DNA of 64,000 nucleotides. Origin: Paraspadella gotoi (taxonomy: Eukaryota; Animalia; Chaetognatha). The notes below the pieces were generated by a model. The model searched no databases and was not told the origin of the DNA. It saw nothing but the letters and a program-made list of their open reading frames with translations. The stretch lies in assembly GCA_051294375.1 (NCBI GenBank), contig CM119271.1, positions 7,554,162-7,618,161 of the forward strand, read 5' to 3'. Below, one piece after another: positions 12,575-25,846 of this stretch (its first letter is position 1; each line of letters begins with the position of its first letter). The translations under genes and the position numbers were made by a program.

Positions 12575-15500
12575 ATGTCCAGACACGAGGGCGTCAGCTG
12601 TGATTCTTGCTTGAAAGGAAATTTTAGGTGAGTTTTCAAATTTAAGTAGTACGAAGGTGATGTGGATATTCATGGTTGTCCTGGTTTAAAGGGAAAATTC
12701 ACGTTTTTCGTATACGGCTTTCGTAAACAAATTTATAATATCCTTCTCTATTCTATTCTTATTTTAGGGGCAAACGATATAAATGCCTTGTTTGTTATGA
12801 CTATGATTTATGTGCTAGTTGTCATGATGCTGGAGCCAGTACTACTCGCCATTCTAACGATCATCCCATGCAAGTATGCTTTTGTCCTTTGAATCGCCCC
12901 CGCGGATGACTTCTCGCTTTTTTTAATCGGAATTTAACTTTCAACGCAGTGTATTTTGACGCGCTCCGATTATGATGTGTACTTTAGCGGAGAGAGCGTG
13001 GCGTTGGACTTGCCACAGGCTTTCACTTGTCCTCTCTGCGGCAGCCTTGGTTTCACCGAATCAACGCTTCGAGATCACGTATCGTCGGAGCATTCCGGTA
13101 GGACCGCTTAAATGATTAACTGATTTTTGTCACTACGGTGGGGAAACTCTCTAAATCTAAGTTGCGGATACCCTTTCGCCGACAGATCCGACGATCGAAG
13201 TTGTTTGTCCCATTTGTGCCTCACTTCCCGGTGGCGACCCGAATCACGTGACGGACGACATCGTGGGTCACCTCAATCTCGAACACCACGGCGGACAGCG
13301 ATCGGCCAATTCCGGTGCGAAGCATTTGTTGTATTGTTATAGTGTTGTATTAGATTTAATCTTCATATCTCGACTCGATCTACCTATTCTTAACTTCTCA
13401 GGCTCCGGTGGGGGCGGCGCCCAATCGATGGAGGCGGCGCTGGCCGGAGAAGAATCGAACGCCGGGGGGATTCGTCACGTACGCAGGATTCCGCACCCAG
13501 GTCGAAGCGTCTCTGGAGCGAGGGCCAGAAGGTACGTAGGAGATTGTTACTTTAAATCATAAAAGTATGTACTATGTAAGCTTGATTGCTTGTCTTATCT
13601 TGTTTCGTGTCATGTGCCATTCTGATTTCGTGTTGAATGTGGAATTGTCGATATAATTAATGATAATAACGATATGGAATTGGATATGGAAAAAACAAGT
13701 TTGAGCAAACAATGTCGGATCTGCCCACAATAATTATCATTAATTAATTGATAATTAAATAATCAATAAGGCAATTAATTAATTTAATCTCAAATGTTTG
13801 TTTTTAGGTCTTTTCGTCACTAACGACGACAAAAGCAATGACGATGAGAATAATGCCGATAACGATTGATTTAATTGATTGACTGATTATTTAATTATTG
13901 ATTAATTAATTGATTAATATATCTTGCATTTACATTTAATATTAAAAGAAAAAAAAGCATAATCAATTAGTGAAACAGGTTTTTTGTTTTTTTCATTTAA
14001 ACTCATTTCAACTCGGACGATTCCATCGAAACTTGATTTTCAGCTTAATCACACACTTTCCTACCCACATACAAAATTTTAGGTAAATTGCCCCATCCAC
14101 TCATGAGCAATTGGTGTTCAAATAGTGAAATATATATATATATATATTTTTTTTTAATTTAAACTCATTTCCACACCCACACAAAATCTCATTCCAATCC
14201 ATCCATCCTATCACGAGTAATTGGTGTTTTTTGCTAAGGTGGGACGGACGGACGGACGAACATCATTTTTTTTTGCATAATTTATCATAATTCGATGTTC
14301 TAACATAATACGACAAGATTGAGGGGGCGGACCGACGGACCGACAAAGTGAATTATTGAGTCGGGATCTGCTGATAAGTAGATCCGACTAAAAAAAAATT
14401 ATAAACCACTTATGGTGCTGATTTTGTTACGTTACTTACGTGGTCTTCTTAGAACCAACATGCATTTCTCGCCCGCCTCGGCCGGAGCCTCGGCGTTAGC
14501 GAGCTTGTCGCCCGGAAACGCCGCACGCGACGCTATGGATCCCATCGCTGAATTATTACAGCAGCTTTCCGGGGTCAGAAGGTATTGCAACATCTCAGTG
14601 ACAACTCTTCAACGAAATGCTTCTTTGGAAAAATGATAACGCTGTTTTTTCTTTCGTTCAGAAGTGCCGCTGCCCAGAGTACCTCATCTCAACTTCAGCA
14701 ACTTCAGATGCAGCTTCAGCTGGAGCGGCAACAGGCTCAAGTGGCTAGACAACAGCATCTCGAACGAGGATCGTCCAACGCCAATCGTAGAAGTAACGAA
14801 GATTGTTTGACTACCCCTTCGACGAACTTAAGAATGAAGCGACGGCCCTTGCACGCAGGTACGCCGACGAGCTCGGGACTTTCCGCAGTCGTTACGACCG
14901 GGGGCGTGTCTTCCTCGCCTCTGAATGCAGTAATCGGCGTCGCTTCGAATAATAATCAAAACAACGCCAGCGGCATCGCCTCCGGTATATTCAAACTTAT
15001 TCTTTATAACTGATAATCAGAAAAATACAAAATAAAAAGAAATTAATCATTTGATACGAGATGATACGAGAGAAGACTACATCAATGTTCAATGTCCATA
15101 TCATGCTGTGATTTTGTAAGGCCATAAAAGGGGAAACATTTCCCAAAACATGGACATTTTACTCTATTCAGGTCAATCTTCGGGAGGGTCTTCCCAAGGT
15201 TCCCAGTTTCTGCTCTCTGGAGTGGGATTGGAAAATCCCGTCGAAAACGAAGCGCTTTCACAGGTTAGCAATCCACAAAATTGGATCGTAGCAATGAACT
15301 TTTTAATCGCAGATATCTTGTATTTCCGTCTAATTTTATCCGATTATAGAATATAACTGCTATTTCTTGAGACTTTTTTTGCCCTAGTAGACATAGCTTG
15401 TCGTCTTCTGCCTAATAGGAATCAGAACGGTCGGAACGCAGTCAATTCGTGCAAGATCTTCTGCTATCCACGTTGTTGCTTGAAAAGATCGACATGAGCG

Positions 15501-16976
15501 AGGACTTTATGAAAATCTTGGAAGACGACACTTTTAGTCCAATCGGTAGGTTTGTTGCCGGAAGTTGCGAAGGTATTGTAATATTTAACATGTATCACTC
15601 TTTTAGACGGAGCAACGGGTACAAGCCGGCCGAAAACGTCCGGCAGAAGGGTATGGCCGTACTCTGAGCCCCATACCGGCTTTGTGGAAGATTCGATGAG
15701 GTCGTCGGATCGTCCTGGCCTAATCACAGGTAAGATTATTAATTTTATTAATATTAATAATTTAAAACTGTTTTAAAAAAAATGTTCATTTAAAATTGAC
15801 CATTATGCATATTATTCGAAGGTTCTTCTGACGATTCAAACGTCGGTTTGTCTAATATTCCGTGGTCCTCGGATGTTCATGGTAAAAAGAACAAAGACCA
15901 TACTGGTTTAAAAATTAACTAGTTATAAATTTAAAAAAAAAAAAATTTTTATCAGGGAGTAACAAATCCACCCGCATTCGCAGAAACGAGGAAAGCTCTC
16001 GAACTGCTTCTCAGCAGGTAAAATAAGGTTTAACGTCAAGAAGATGAGTTTTATTTGATGGACAATTTTATCTTCGAATACATGAATGAAGAAAACAAAG
16101 TTTTCGCGGAGCAACTCTTTAAGTCACTTGTTGGTCGGTCGGTCGGTTCCTCTTTAAAATGTTTAAAATGTTAAGACAAAAAAACCTCAAATCTCAGGGA
16201 CTTCTAGCGCCGCCTTCAGGAAATCCTAAAACTTTAAAAAATAAAAGATGGAATTACCATGCAGTGCGTGTCAAACTAAAAGAGTTATTGTAATCATGTC
16301 ACGAGAAATACACATGAAAATGAAGTCATTGCGGCGCAACACATTGGATGAACCGATCTTGTTATTCCTAAATAATGGAAATGTTTAGACTCATTTTATC
16401 GAGTTTTCTTCATAGAATAGCGCATCAATTATGATGAACGGAACAGAGACTATTAATCAACCATCGGGAAATTCTCATGTCAACGGACTGGGGTCGTTCC
16501 CTTTTCGCGCCACCAATTATCAGGTTCGTGTTCGTATCAAGTTTATGGCTGAATATACCGCCACAAGTTGACGGTTTAATTAACTATAATTAACTGTAAT
16601 TTTTTTTACATGTTGTTCGTTGAAAGTTGTGTTTTTAATATACAAAATAATATAAAAACCTTTCAAATAAATTACTCATTAGCCACTCGAGAACCTTTCG
16701 CTAAACGGTGTCGATGTGTCTCGAAACGGCGACGACATCCCCTCCGTGCCACCGCCGTCCTCCGACACATACCTCTCGCCGTTGCCGGACCCCGATATCG
16801 GCGTTCCCCCGGACGCAAGTCGTGAATCGAGTCCCGGACCGCCTGAAGATCCGGAACAACGGCGAGTGCCCTTTCCGCCCCATCCAGGGGGTGGCGGCAG
16901 GGGCGGTCGGAGGACTAACAAGGACGGTTTGGACGCCCACAGTCGTAGAAAAGAAAGGGAGCCGCCTCCACCGTGA
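12575..16976 (+). CDS. KCMF1: E3 ubiquitin ligase KCMF1 (ZZ + Di19 zinc fingers), about 15 exons
   Basis: Spliced [38 protein letters not shown]...HPMQCILTRSD, FTCPLCG, VVCPICASLPGGDPNHVTDD, MDPIAELLQQLSGVRR, QLQQLQMQLQLERQ, FVQDLLLSTLL and C-terminal EPPPP. Confidence 0.92.
13690..14398 (-). mobile_element. Non-autonomous Helentron-associated element (HINE / DINE-1-like) in KCMF1 intron 13532-14452
   Basis: On the minus strand: T-run, subTIR AGTCGGATCTAC with an adjacent inverted repeat, (GTCC/GTCG)n microsatellite, internal direct repeats, inverted subTIR GCAGATCCGAC, short hairpin GTTTG-CT-CAAAC and terminal CTTGTTTTT. Confidence 0.7.
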
Positions 16977-19402
16977 AGTTTCTTGTCCCCTTCATTTATT
17001 ATAGCAGATTTTTTCCCGAAATCTGGTAAGGTTGGAAGAAGAAAAGGAATGTAGTGATTGTTTACTGCGAGGTTGGGTTGTAACGGAAACGAGGCCAGGG
17101 TGGAAAATATGGTAAAAAAGTTTTTTTCAGAAGAATAGGAAAAGATACTACATTTAACTGAATTTTTAAAGAAAGCTTAGCATAAAGAATAAAGATGCAC
17201 ACATTAAGCTCTTAAAATTTACTAATATTTATACTATATTTTATTTCTACATGAAATTTTAATCTGTTTTTAATATCGTCGCTTCTTATATACACGTATT
17301 TTGTAAATCAAAAGTGAAATTTTTAAGTAAACTGTTTTCTGGATTTTTGTTATATTTTTCTATTATTATAAAAAGTTAAAATTAGGTCTATGGATTGCTA
17401 CTTTATTTTCAAGAAATTTAAATTCGAGAAAAGGATTCCGTTAAACCCCAGACTACGCATGTAACCTAATAATAATATACAATAAAAGATTCCTTAGATT
17501 ATTAAAACTTTTAATTTAGATTCATTTTTGTAAGTTTTTTTTTTTAAAGTTATTTTGAAGTACGAATTATTATTTAAAGATTATTAATTTTGTACTTTAT
17601 AGCGTAAATTATATATTTGAGTTTTAACTCAATTATAGCGTTATACGATCTTCAAGCCTTTGTTATGCGTTTGATTCCTAATTTATACTTAGATATCTTG
17701 CACCCTAAGCCCCGGGAATGAGCGTTGTTTAACCCTGCATTAACCTTCAAAATATTCTTGTGGATTCCTATTATATGATACCAGGTCAATGTAAAATATA
17801 AATTTAGGACTTTGTACTGAGAAATGGTGACAGTCTGAAAATTCTCGTGTTTGAGAGCAGTCATGGGTCATGCCAATATTCTTAGTAGCTGGTGCTTATT
17901 TAAATTTTGATATACGCTCATTTCGAAGTTGCCTCCCCAATTTCTTAAAAATTCAAAGCTTTGTAAACAACGTGTGTTACTTTACTGTGATTAGCTGTTT
18001 GAAATATAATGCACAGAAACTCATGCAAATTATGGTAAAAAAATTTCACTTGAACCTCGCTTTAACGAATTCATAGACGAAATAAAATGTTTTACCAAAT
18101 GATTATTTTAATAAAATTCTTATTTACATTAACTAACAATATATGTTAGGTTGTTTGTATCAGAAGATAATTTTTCAAAAGCAGGCTAAAAAGTTGATAA
18201 CTTCGTTTTATGGTTCACAAATTATAATTAAGCTAGATTTATTTCGCATTGTTTACCTGAGGTTATATTATTTAATTGTGAAGCATGTTAAAAAGATTAA
18301 ATTTAGAATACGGACAATGTGTCAGAAATTTTTATAGATACGAAAGTGAGAAGAAGACTTTATTCATAAATATTGTGCCTATTGCTTTGTAAAGCTACTT
18401 AAATTTTTTCAAAAAGGACGTTATATATTTAAAATCAGAGAATATAACTTTTTTTAGTTTTTGGTAAAAAGTTGACAATTAGTTTCAAATAATTTGTCCA
18501 ATTTGAAAATATTTTTTTAAGACAATATTGATAACTTTGTTCATGGGTTTTATGTAAATAAACATTAGATTCCGATTGTAGTATCTTTACTTTAGGTATA
18601 TAACATAAGCGCTGTTTAAAATTAACATCAGTTAATTTGTATCTTATTCACCTACAAGTGATAAGCCCGTAAAATACCGTTACTTATGAAATGATTCCTT
18701 GTATCCTTAATTTAAGTTAAAGAACAAATAAACTTTCTATTTTTTCTGCACTCAAATCCCAAACATAAAATATCAATAATATTTATAAATATCTTTAACG
18801 ATTTTTAAAGAGTCCTAATTCTTATCATTGATACATATTGAACTTATTTATTCTAGCATAGGGTTTGTTTACAATTTAAATTTTTAATTAACAAGTGGCA
18901 AAAAGCCCGACTTAGTTTTTACTCTGCGATCAATCGAGGTCGATAGAATAAATCTCTTCTACACCCTGCTGTATCGTTTCTGTTTTTATAATTTATGCTA
19001 AATTAAAATCAAACATCTTAATCAAAATATAAATGTTGAGATGATTCCCCAAATAAACGTTACTTGAAAAAGCGGTTTCAAATCATCACAAGTTGTCATT
19101 CTGAGAAATGTCTGCCTTTTGTTCCTGATAGAGTTCTGTGGCAGGGATTTGGCTCGAAGAGCAGGAAAGCAAAAGAGGGCTTCGGCTCAACCGCATTGGA
19201 ACGAGACCGCCTTCGCTCTTTTCATCTCTAATACAATACTTCACTGCGATTCTCTTTCACAAACCTTAATTATTGTAAATTTTTTACTCTATTGGCATAT
19301 TCACGAAAAAATTTTCATATTATTATCATTATACATGCATTCCCTAAAAGTGTGTTAGCTTTTTACTGGTAATTTCATGGGCTAACTCTTGTTTGCTTCC
19401 AA

Positions 19403-19410
19403 TGACGTCA
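19403..19410. promoter_or_regulatory. Perfect CRE palindrome TGACGTCA in the probable TOP1 promoter
   Basis: CCAATGACGTCACG lies about 400 nt upstream of the TOP1 start, at the end of a long (2.8 kb) intergenic gap. Confidence 0.35.
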
Positions 19411-19808
19411 CGCCTGCAACAAGATGTCCTCCACAAAGCACAAGGCGACAATCTTGAAAATTTTTAAAGAATACTTCTCTTGGTAATTGCATAAACAAAC
19501 GGATCGTTTTCTTTATACTATAAAAATCTATCCTCCTCTACTTTGCTTTGCATTCGTCCGTTTCATTTATATAATTGAACTGAAAACTGAACTGTGAAAA
19601 ATTGCAAAAACAAACACATGCGCTTGGCCATGAGCCAAGTTCGCTTTTATCCAAAAATTCGCGTGAAAGTTTAAAAATTAAAAAAAAAATTGAGTTCTTC
19701 TTTTTCCATGTCTTTCAACTCTCAAATTAAAGGCTTGAATTTTTTTACTGCAGATATGCTAGGTACAAATTAAAAAAAAAAACATAAACACCTTGAACAA
19801 ACACATGC

Positions 19809-22800
19809 ATGATGGATGCCGGATCTGTTTCTGTGACCGTGGACGTTTCGGTTACCGCCACGTCTCCTCCTGGATCTGCCGTTGAAACGGGAACTGTAGT
19901 CAAAATGAACGGAACGTCAGGTGAAAGATTTTTTTTGTAATATGTGATTGCGTGAAACTACGATCTTCTTTCTCAATCTTTTAGGTTCAGGAAGTTCTCA
20001 CAAAGACAAACACAAAGACAAACATTCTAGGTAAGTTTAGCAGTCGCATTTCAATATTTTTTCAAAACTTTTCAGTTTCTTTTCATTTTTTTCACGTTCA
20101 GTAGTTCATCTAAACACAAGCATAAGGATAAGGATCGATCGAGCTCATCGCATCACAAGTCGTCTCATAAATCATCTTCTTCGGATAAAGGTTAGTTTTA
20201 TATATTTAAGCTTAAATGTTAAATGTGTAACAAACAGTTTTGGGAAATTTCTTACAGATCGATCATCTAGCAAACACTCATCTTCTAAAGAAGGCTCAAG
20301 TTCGTCGAAGTCGCATAGCTCATCTCATAAAAGCTCACACAAAGATTCTCACAAAGACAAACATCACGACAAAGATAAAAGTCAGAGCAGTAGCGGGGAA
20401 AAGAAGTCGGAACATAAATCTGAACACAAATCAGAACACAAGGTACGCTTCGATAATGGTTTCCTGTGAATTTTTACATCCGAGTTGCAAAATCCTCTTA
20501 TATCTTCATAGGACCGGCACAAGGACAAGCATCGTGACAAGGACGGGAAGCGTAGCTCCTCCAGTCACAAGCATAGCTCGTCGGACAAACACAAGTCTTC
20601 TTCAAGGTCGATTATTACGAGACTTTAAACGGTCGTCATCCTTCTTAATTTAGGGATTCCTAAACGGTTTTATTATCTTTTTTTTTTTTTCAGCTCCGAT
20701 AAAAGAGAAAAGAAAGAAGAGCCCAAGAAAGAGAAGGAGATTAAGAAAGAAATAAAGAAGGAAGTGAAGAAGGAGAATGAGGACGAAGGATTCATATCTC
20801 CGTCCGCCGGAGAGGCCGTCCCCGTGAAAAAGGAGCCGAAACGCGAGGCGGATGACTCTTACGAAGCTTCGCCCAACAAACGCGTCAAGAAGGAGAAGTC
20901 TTACGTCGAAGCGGACGACGACGACGACTACGATGACGGACAAGAGGAGCACAGCGACGGCGAACCTTGGCAGGTTGTTAAGTTTGCACGGGGAAATTGT
21001 GGTTATTTAGTTGCGCCGCTAGTCCCAGACTTATAACTCGAGAAAATCGTTTCTGTTTTAGTGTCAGTTGTAACTTTTGTGTTTTCCAGTGGTCCTTTAA
21101 ATCATGAAATCAACTACATCATAAAAATTTATTTCTAGAATTCGCTCGTAAATTCGATAAGTTACTCAGTATTAGAAAATCAGTTTATTTAAATTTTTTT
21201 ATTAATTTATCGCCGCAAGAATTTCGAAATTATGCGAGTAAGACCCGTATTTTAAAATGGGTTTAATCACCGGCTTCAGTTGTCCTTACCCGAATTATCT
21301 TGAATCAAAGGAGGTAAAGAAGAAGAAAAAGCCGAAAAAGGAAACAAAACCGATCAAGGAGGAGAAAAAACGGAAGGCCGAGGCGTTGGCGACGCCGCCG
21401 AGCAAGAAGGCCAAGACCGCTCCTCCCCCCGCCTCGCCCACCAAGGGTCGCAAGAAGAAGGAAGAGGAGCCGGCGGTTCGTTCCGAGTTTTTCAAACCTT
21501 TTCGCAATTTGGTCTTTGATCTAGATTTAATTTTTTTTTTTTCGCGAATTACCCAGGTCCCCGTGTGGAAGTGGTGGGAGGAAGAGAAGCCTACCGACGG
21601 TTCCAAGTGGCGGACTTTGGAGCATAAAGGCGTCATGTTCCCGCCGTCGTACGAGCCATTGCCGGAGCACGTTCTTTTCAAGTACGATGGAAAGCCGATG
21701 AGACTCACTCCGGCCGCCGAGGAGATAGCTGGATTTTACGCGCGGATGATCGAGGTTCGAATCTTTCGCAGGAAATTTCGTACGAAAGCATCAAATGATA
21801 GCGTTTTCTTATTGTTTATTTTCAACTGTTTATTTTGCAGCACGACTACACGACCAAGGACGCTTTCAACAAAAACTTTTTTCGCGATTGGCGAAAAAAC
21901 ATGTCGTCAAAGGAGCAGAGCAAAATCGTTGATCTTCACAAGTGCGATTTTCGTCCGATGCATCAGTACTTTGTCGAGGTCAGAGTCTTTCTACATATTA
22001 TTTTAACGCTTTATTTTTGTATTCTTAAATAGATCGAGCGTTAATCTACTTCTGTTTGGTTTGTCATATATACTTTTTCTCCCCCCGCAAAAAAAAAAAC
22101 AAAAATGGCGACAGCAATCGGAAATCCGAAAGAATCGCAGCAAGGAGGAGAAGAAAGCGGAGAAGGAGAAGAACCAAAAGATTATCGATGATTACGGGTG
22201 GGCGGTCGTCGACGGCCATAAGCAGAAGATCGGAAATTTTCGCATCGAACCCCCAGGCCTTTTTCGCGGCCGAGGAGAGCATCCCAAGATGGGCATGCTC
22301 AAGCGGAGGGTCATGCCGGAAGACGTCATCATCAATTGCTCCAAAGGTCGGCGCTCGAACTATTTTGCTCCTAGAGAATCATATTTCTTCGGCCCGTAAC
22401 TTTAAATCTTTAAAAATCGGACTCTTTGTTTCAGGTTCCGTTTGGCCCAAACCGCCGGCTGGACACAAATGGAAAGAAGTGCGGCACGACAACACCGTTA
22501 CGTGGCTGGCCACTTGGACCGAGAACATTCAAAATCAGGTAGGGCTCCAGTTTTCTCATGGATTGGTTTCTTGATTTTAAACACAAAGAAATTTAAGGGT
22601 TTTACGTAGACTATTCGAAGAATAAATCGTTCTTTCCCCTTATCATCCCCCACCTTTCTCAAGAACAAATACGTGATGCTAGGAGCGACGTCCCGCCTTA
22701 AAGGCGAAAAGGATTGGCTCAAATACGAAACGGCTCGAGCGCTTCACACGCGCATCGACAAGATACGCGCCGACTACCAGGCCGACTGGAACGCTAAGGA

Positions 22801-25800
22801 GATGCGCCTGAGACAACGGAGCGTCGCTCTCTACTTCATCGACAGACTGGCGTTGAGAGCCGGAAACGAGAAGGACGCCGACGAGGCCGCCGATACCGTG
22901 AGTTGTGAGGGTTTTCGGATTTTACAATGAATTGTGATTGGAAGCGTTGGGGTTTATTTGGTAATTAATTTATTTACTCATTTATTTATTGTACTTGATG
23001 ATAGGTCGGCTGCTGTTCACTTCGCGTCGAACACATAACCCTCCACAAGGAGAGGGAAGGAAAGGATTACGTAGTAGAATTTGATTTTCTCGGTAAAGAT
23101 TCCATTCGCTACCACAACGAGGTTCCGGTCGAGAAGCAGGTAAGGGTTGCGGGGAAATGAGGGCGGGGAGTAATAATTCTCAAACATTATTGGTTCTCGT
23201 CTCTCAAGGTCTTCAAAAACCTGAAGCTCTTTATGGACAACAAGAAGCCGTCTGACGACCTGTTCGATCGCCTCAACACCAGCACTCTTAACGAGTACTT
23301 ACGAGAACTCATGGAAGGGTTGACGGCGAAGGTAAGGTTCTCAATGCAATCTTTGGTTCAGAAATCGAAATTATTATCATGAAATTGGTACAAGCGATAT
23401 AAAAATTATCCATTAATTTAATAAATAAGCTGTCTTGCCCCTGACTGGACTGGCTTTTGTGGTTAAAGGTTTCCATCACTCTTACGAGATAATGACATAG
23501 TAGCAGGCCCCTGCAATAAGGCGTAGTGAAAGTTACATACGAAAATTCTAAAAGTCAATTATGAACATCATACCATCAGTGAATATTAATATTTTAAAAA
23601 AATTAATTTTGTTTTTTAATTTTCGCAGTAGGCTATATTTATTAAGGCGTAGTAAAATTTCTAAATTTAACTTTAATTAAAATTCTAAAAGTGAGGAACG
23701 AACAACATTATATTAATGAACATTTATGTAATAAAAAAAATTATAATAAATTTTATAATTTACGCAGTAGGCCATATTTATACTAGTACTAAATCAATAA
23801 ATGTTAAAATTTCAAAACAGTTTTTTGTAAGATTTTTTTGCAGATTTGGATTCGTCATAAAAAGTTGATAAAAAGAAATATAACTTTTTTTAAAAATTCC
23901 TTCATTAAGTGGGTAAAAATTAGAAAAAGCTATATTTTAAGCTGAAAATTAACTTTTTATATATTAAATATAGTTTTTTTAATTTTTAACCCACTTAATG
24001 AAAGAATTTTTAAAAATGATTTATATTTTCTTTTAACAACTTTTGACGAGGAATTCAAATCTGCAATCAAAATTAAGATGAGCTTATTTTAAATTTTTCG
24101 ATTTTATAAGGATAGTACTATGTATAAATATAGCCTACTGCGAAAATTAAAAAAAATAAAATTAATTTACAAATTAATGTTCACTGATGGTATGTTGTTC
24201 ATAATTGACTTTTAGAATTTTCGTATGTAACTTTCACTACGCCTTAATATCTATATATAGTACTATCCTTATCAAATCGAAAAATTTCAAAATAAGTTTT
24301 TCTTAATTTTGATTGCAGATTTGAATTCCTCGTCAAAAGTTGATAAAAGAAAATATAAATCATTTGTAAAAATTCTTTCATTAAGTGGGTTAAAAATTTA
24401 AAAAACTATATTTAATATATAAAAAGTTAATTTTCAGCTTAAAATATAGCTTTTTCTCATTTTTGATCCACTTAATGAAGAAATTTTTAAAAAGAGTTAT
24501 ATTTCTTTTTATCAACTTTTATGACGAATCCAAATCTGCAAAAAAATCTTGGAAAAAACTGTTTTGAAATTTTAACATTTATTGGTTTAGTACTAGTATA
24601 AATATGGCCTACTGCGTAAATTGTAAAATTTATTATAAATTTTTTTATTACATAAATGTTCATTAATATAATGTTGTTCGTTCTTCACTTTTAGAATTTT
24701 AATAAAGTTAAATTTAGAAATTTTACTACGCCTTACCCTGCAAGCTTTCAATCAAGACTCTCTCTCTCACAGTCTCGTTTATTCACTCCCAGAGTACCTG
24801 GCCTCCCTTTCAATGTCATTATCAATATCATTTAATATTTCGCGGCGCAGGTTTATTTCCTCTCGCGATTTTTTTCTTCGTAGGTTTTCAGGACGTACAA
24901 CGCGTCGCGAACTTTGGAAGAGGAACTTGGAAAAATGACGGAAGCGGATGATCCTCTTCCCGCCAAGATCCTTTCTTACAATCGCGCCAACAGGTTGGGT
25001 GGGGGGAAAGAGGGGTCAATTTTCGAAATAAAATGTTGCGCGGTTCGTAGTTTCGGTTTTTGCCGTCGTTTTCAATTTTTACTCAACCACTTATCCCACC
25101 TCCAGAGCGGTGGCGATTTTGTGCAACCATCAGCGCGCCGTCAGCAAGAATCACGGAACGCAGATGGAAAAGGCCAAGGAAAAAACTGAGGAAAAGCGAA
25201 AGGCGGTCAAGGACGCCGAGCGAACGGCCAAGGAGGCCAAGGCCGAATTGAAGGCCTCCAAGACGCAGCAGGCCATGAACGTATACGAGAAAAAAAAGAA
25301 AGCCGTGGAGAGGCTAAAGGAGCAGCTGGCTAAATTGGAAATGAAGTGAGAAACGAGGCTCGAAAGGGGGATTTTTTTTTCTGCTTAAAAATCTCATGAA
25401 TTTCCAATGTTTTTTTTTTTTTCCTAGTCTTTTGGATAAGGAAGAAGGCAAGAGCATCGCCTTGGGAACGTCCAAGTTGAACTACTTGGATCCCCGGATC
25501 TCCGTCGCCTGGAGTAAGAAATGGGACGTTCCCATCGAAAAAGTCTACAACAAGACGCAAAAGGATAAGTTCCAGGTGGGTTAATAGGTTTTCCGTCTCT
25601 GTGAAAAAAAAATCTTTTTTTAACTCACCCCGTCGTTGAACATCCCGACAGTGGGCCATCGACATGGCCGGCCCCGAATACGAGTTCCTCGATTTCGACG
25701 AAACCAAGTCGCCGTTGAAGAAGAAACTGGCCGCCGCCAGCGCCGAGGCCCGACGAGGCAGCTCCGGCGCCGGCCGGAAGAAAAAGTCCGACAGCGAGGA

Positions 25801-25846
25801 CGAGGACGAAGACGAAGAAGAGGAGGAGGACGATTACGAAGATTAA
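19809..25846 (+). CDS. TOP1: DNA topoisomerase I (type IB), about 18 exons
   Basis: K/H/S-rich N-terminus, [92 protein letters not shown] and catalytic [14 protein letters not shown]. The start codon is approximate. Confidence 0.95.
23371..23495. repeat. ~125-bp interspersed repeat family; other copies at 3908-3946 (partial) and 58746-58779 + 60291-60386 (split)
   Basis: Shared TATTATGAAATTGGTACAA..ATATAAAAATTATCCATT.ATTTAATAAATAA.CT.TCT.GCCCCTGACT..GGAC.GGCTTT.GTGGTT.AAGG..TCCATCACTCTTAC. Confidence 0.75.
23517..24735. mobile_element. Outer hAT-like MITE (~600 bp when empty) in TOP1 intron 23332-24883
   Basis: TIR TAAGGCGTAGT...ACTACGCCTTA with a perfect 8-bp TSD CCCTGCAA at 23509-23516 and 24736-24743. 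Confidence 0.88.
23643..24246. mobile_element. Inner copy of the same hAT-like MITE, inserted in opposite orientation
   Basis: Same TIRs. 8-bp TSD ATATTTAT (23635-23642) / ATATCTAT (24247-24254) with one mismatch. The sequence is the near reverse complement of the outer copy. Confidence 0.85.

Noticed and set aside
17650-18340. Short ORFs between KCMF1 and TOP1
   Set aside because: AT-rich, with no homology cues and no coherent exon chain.
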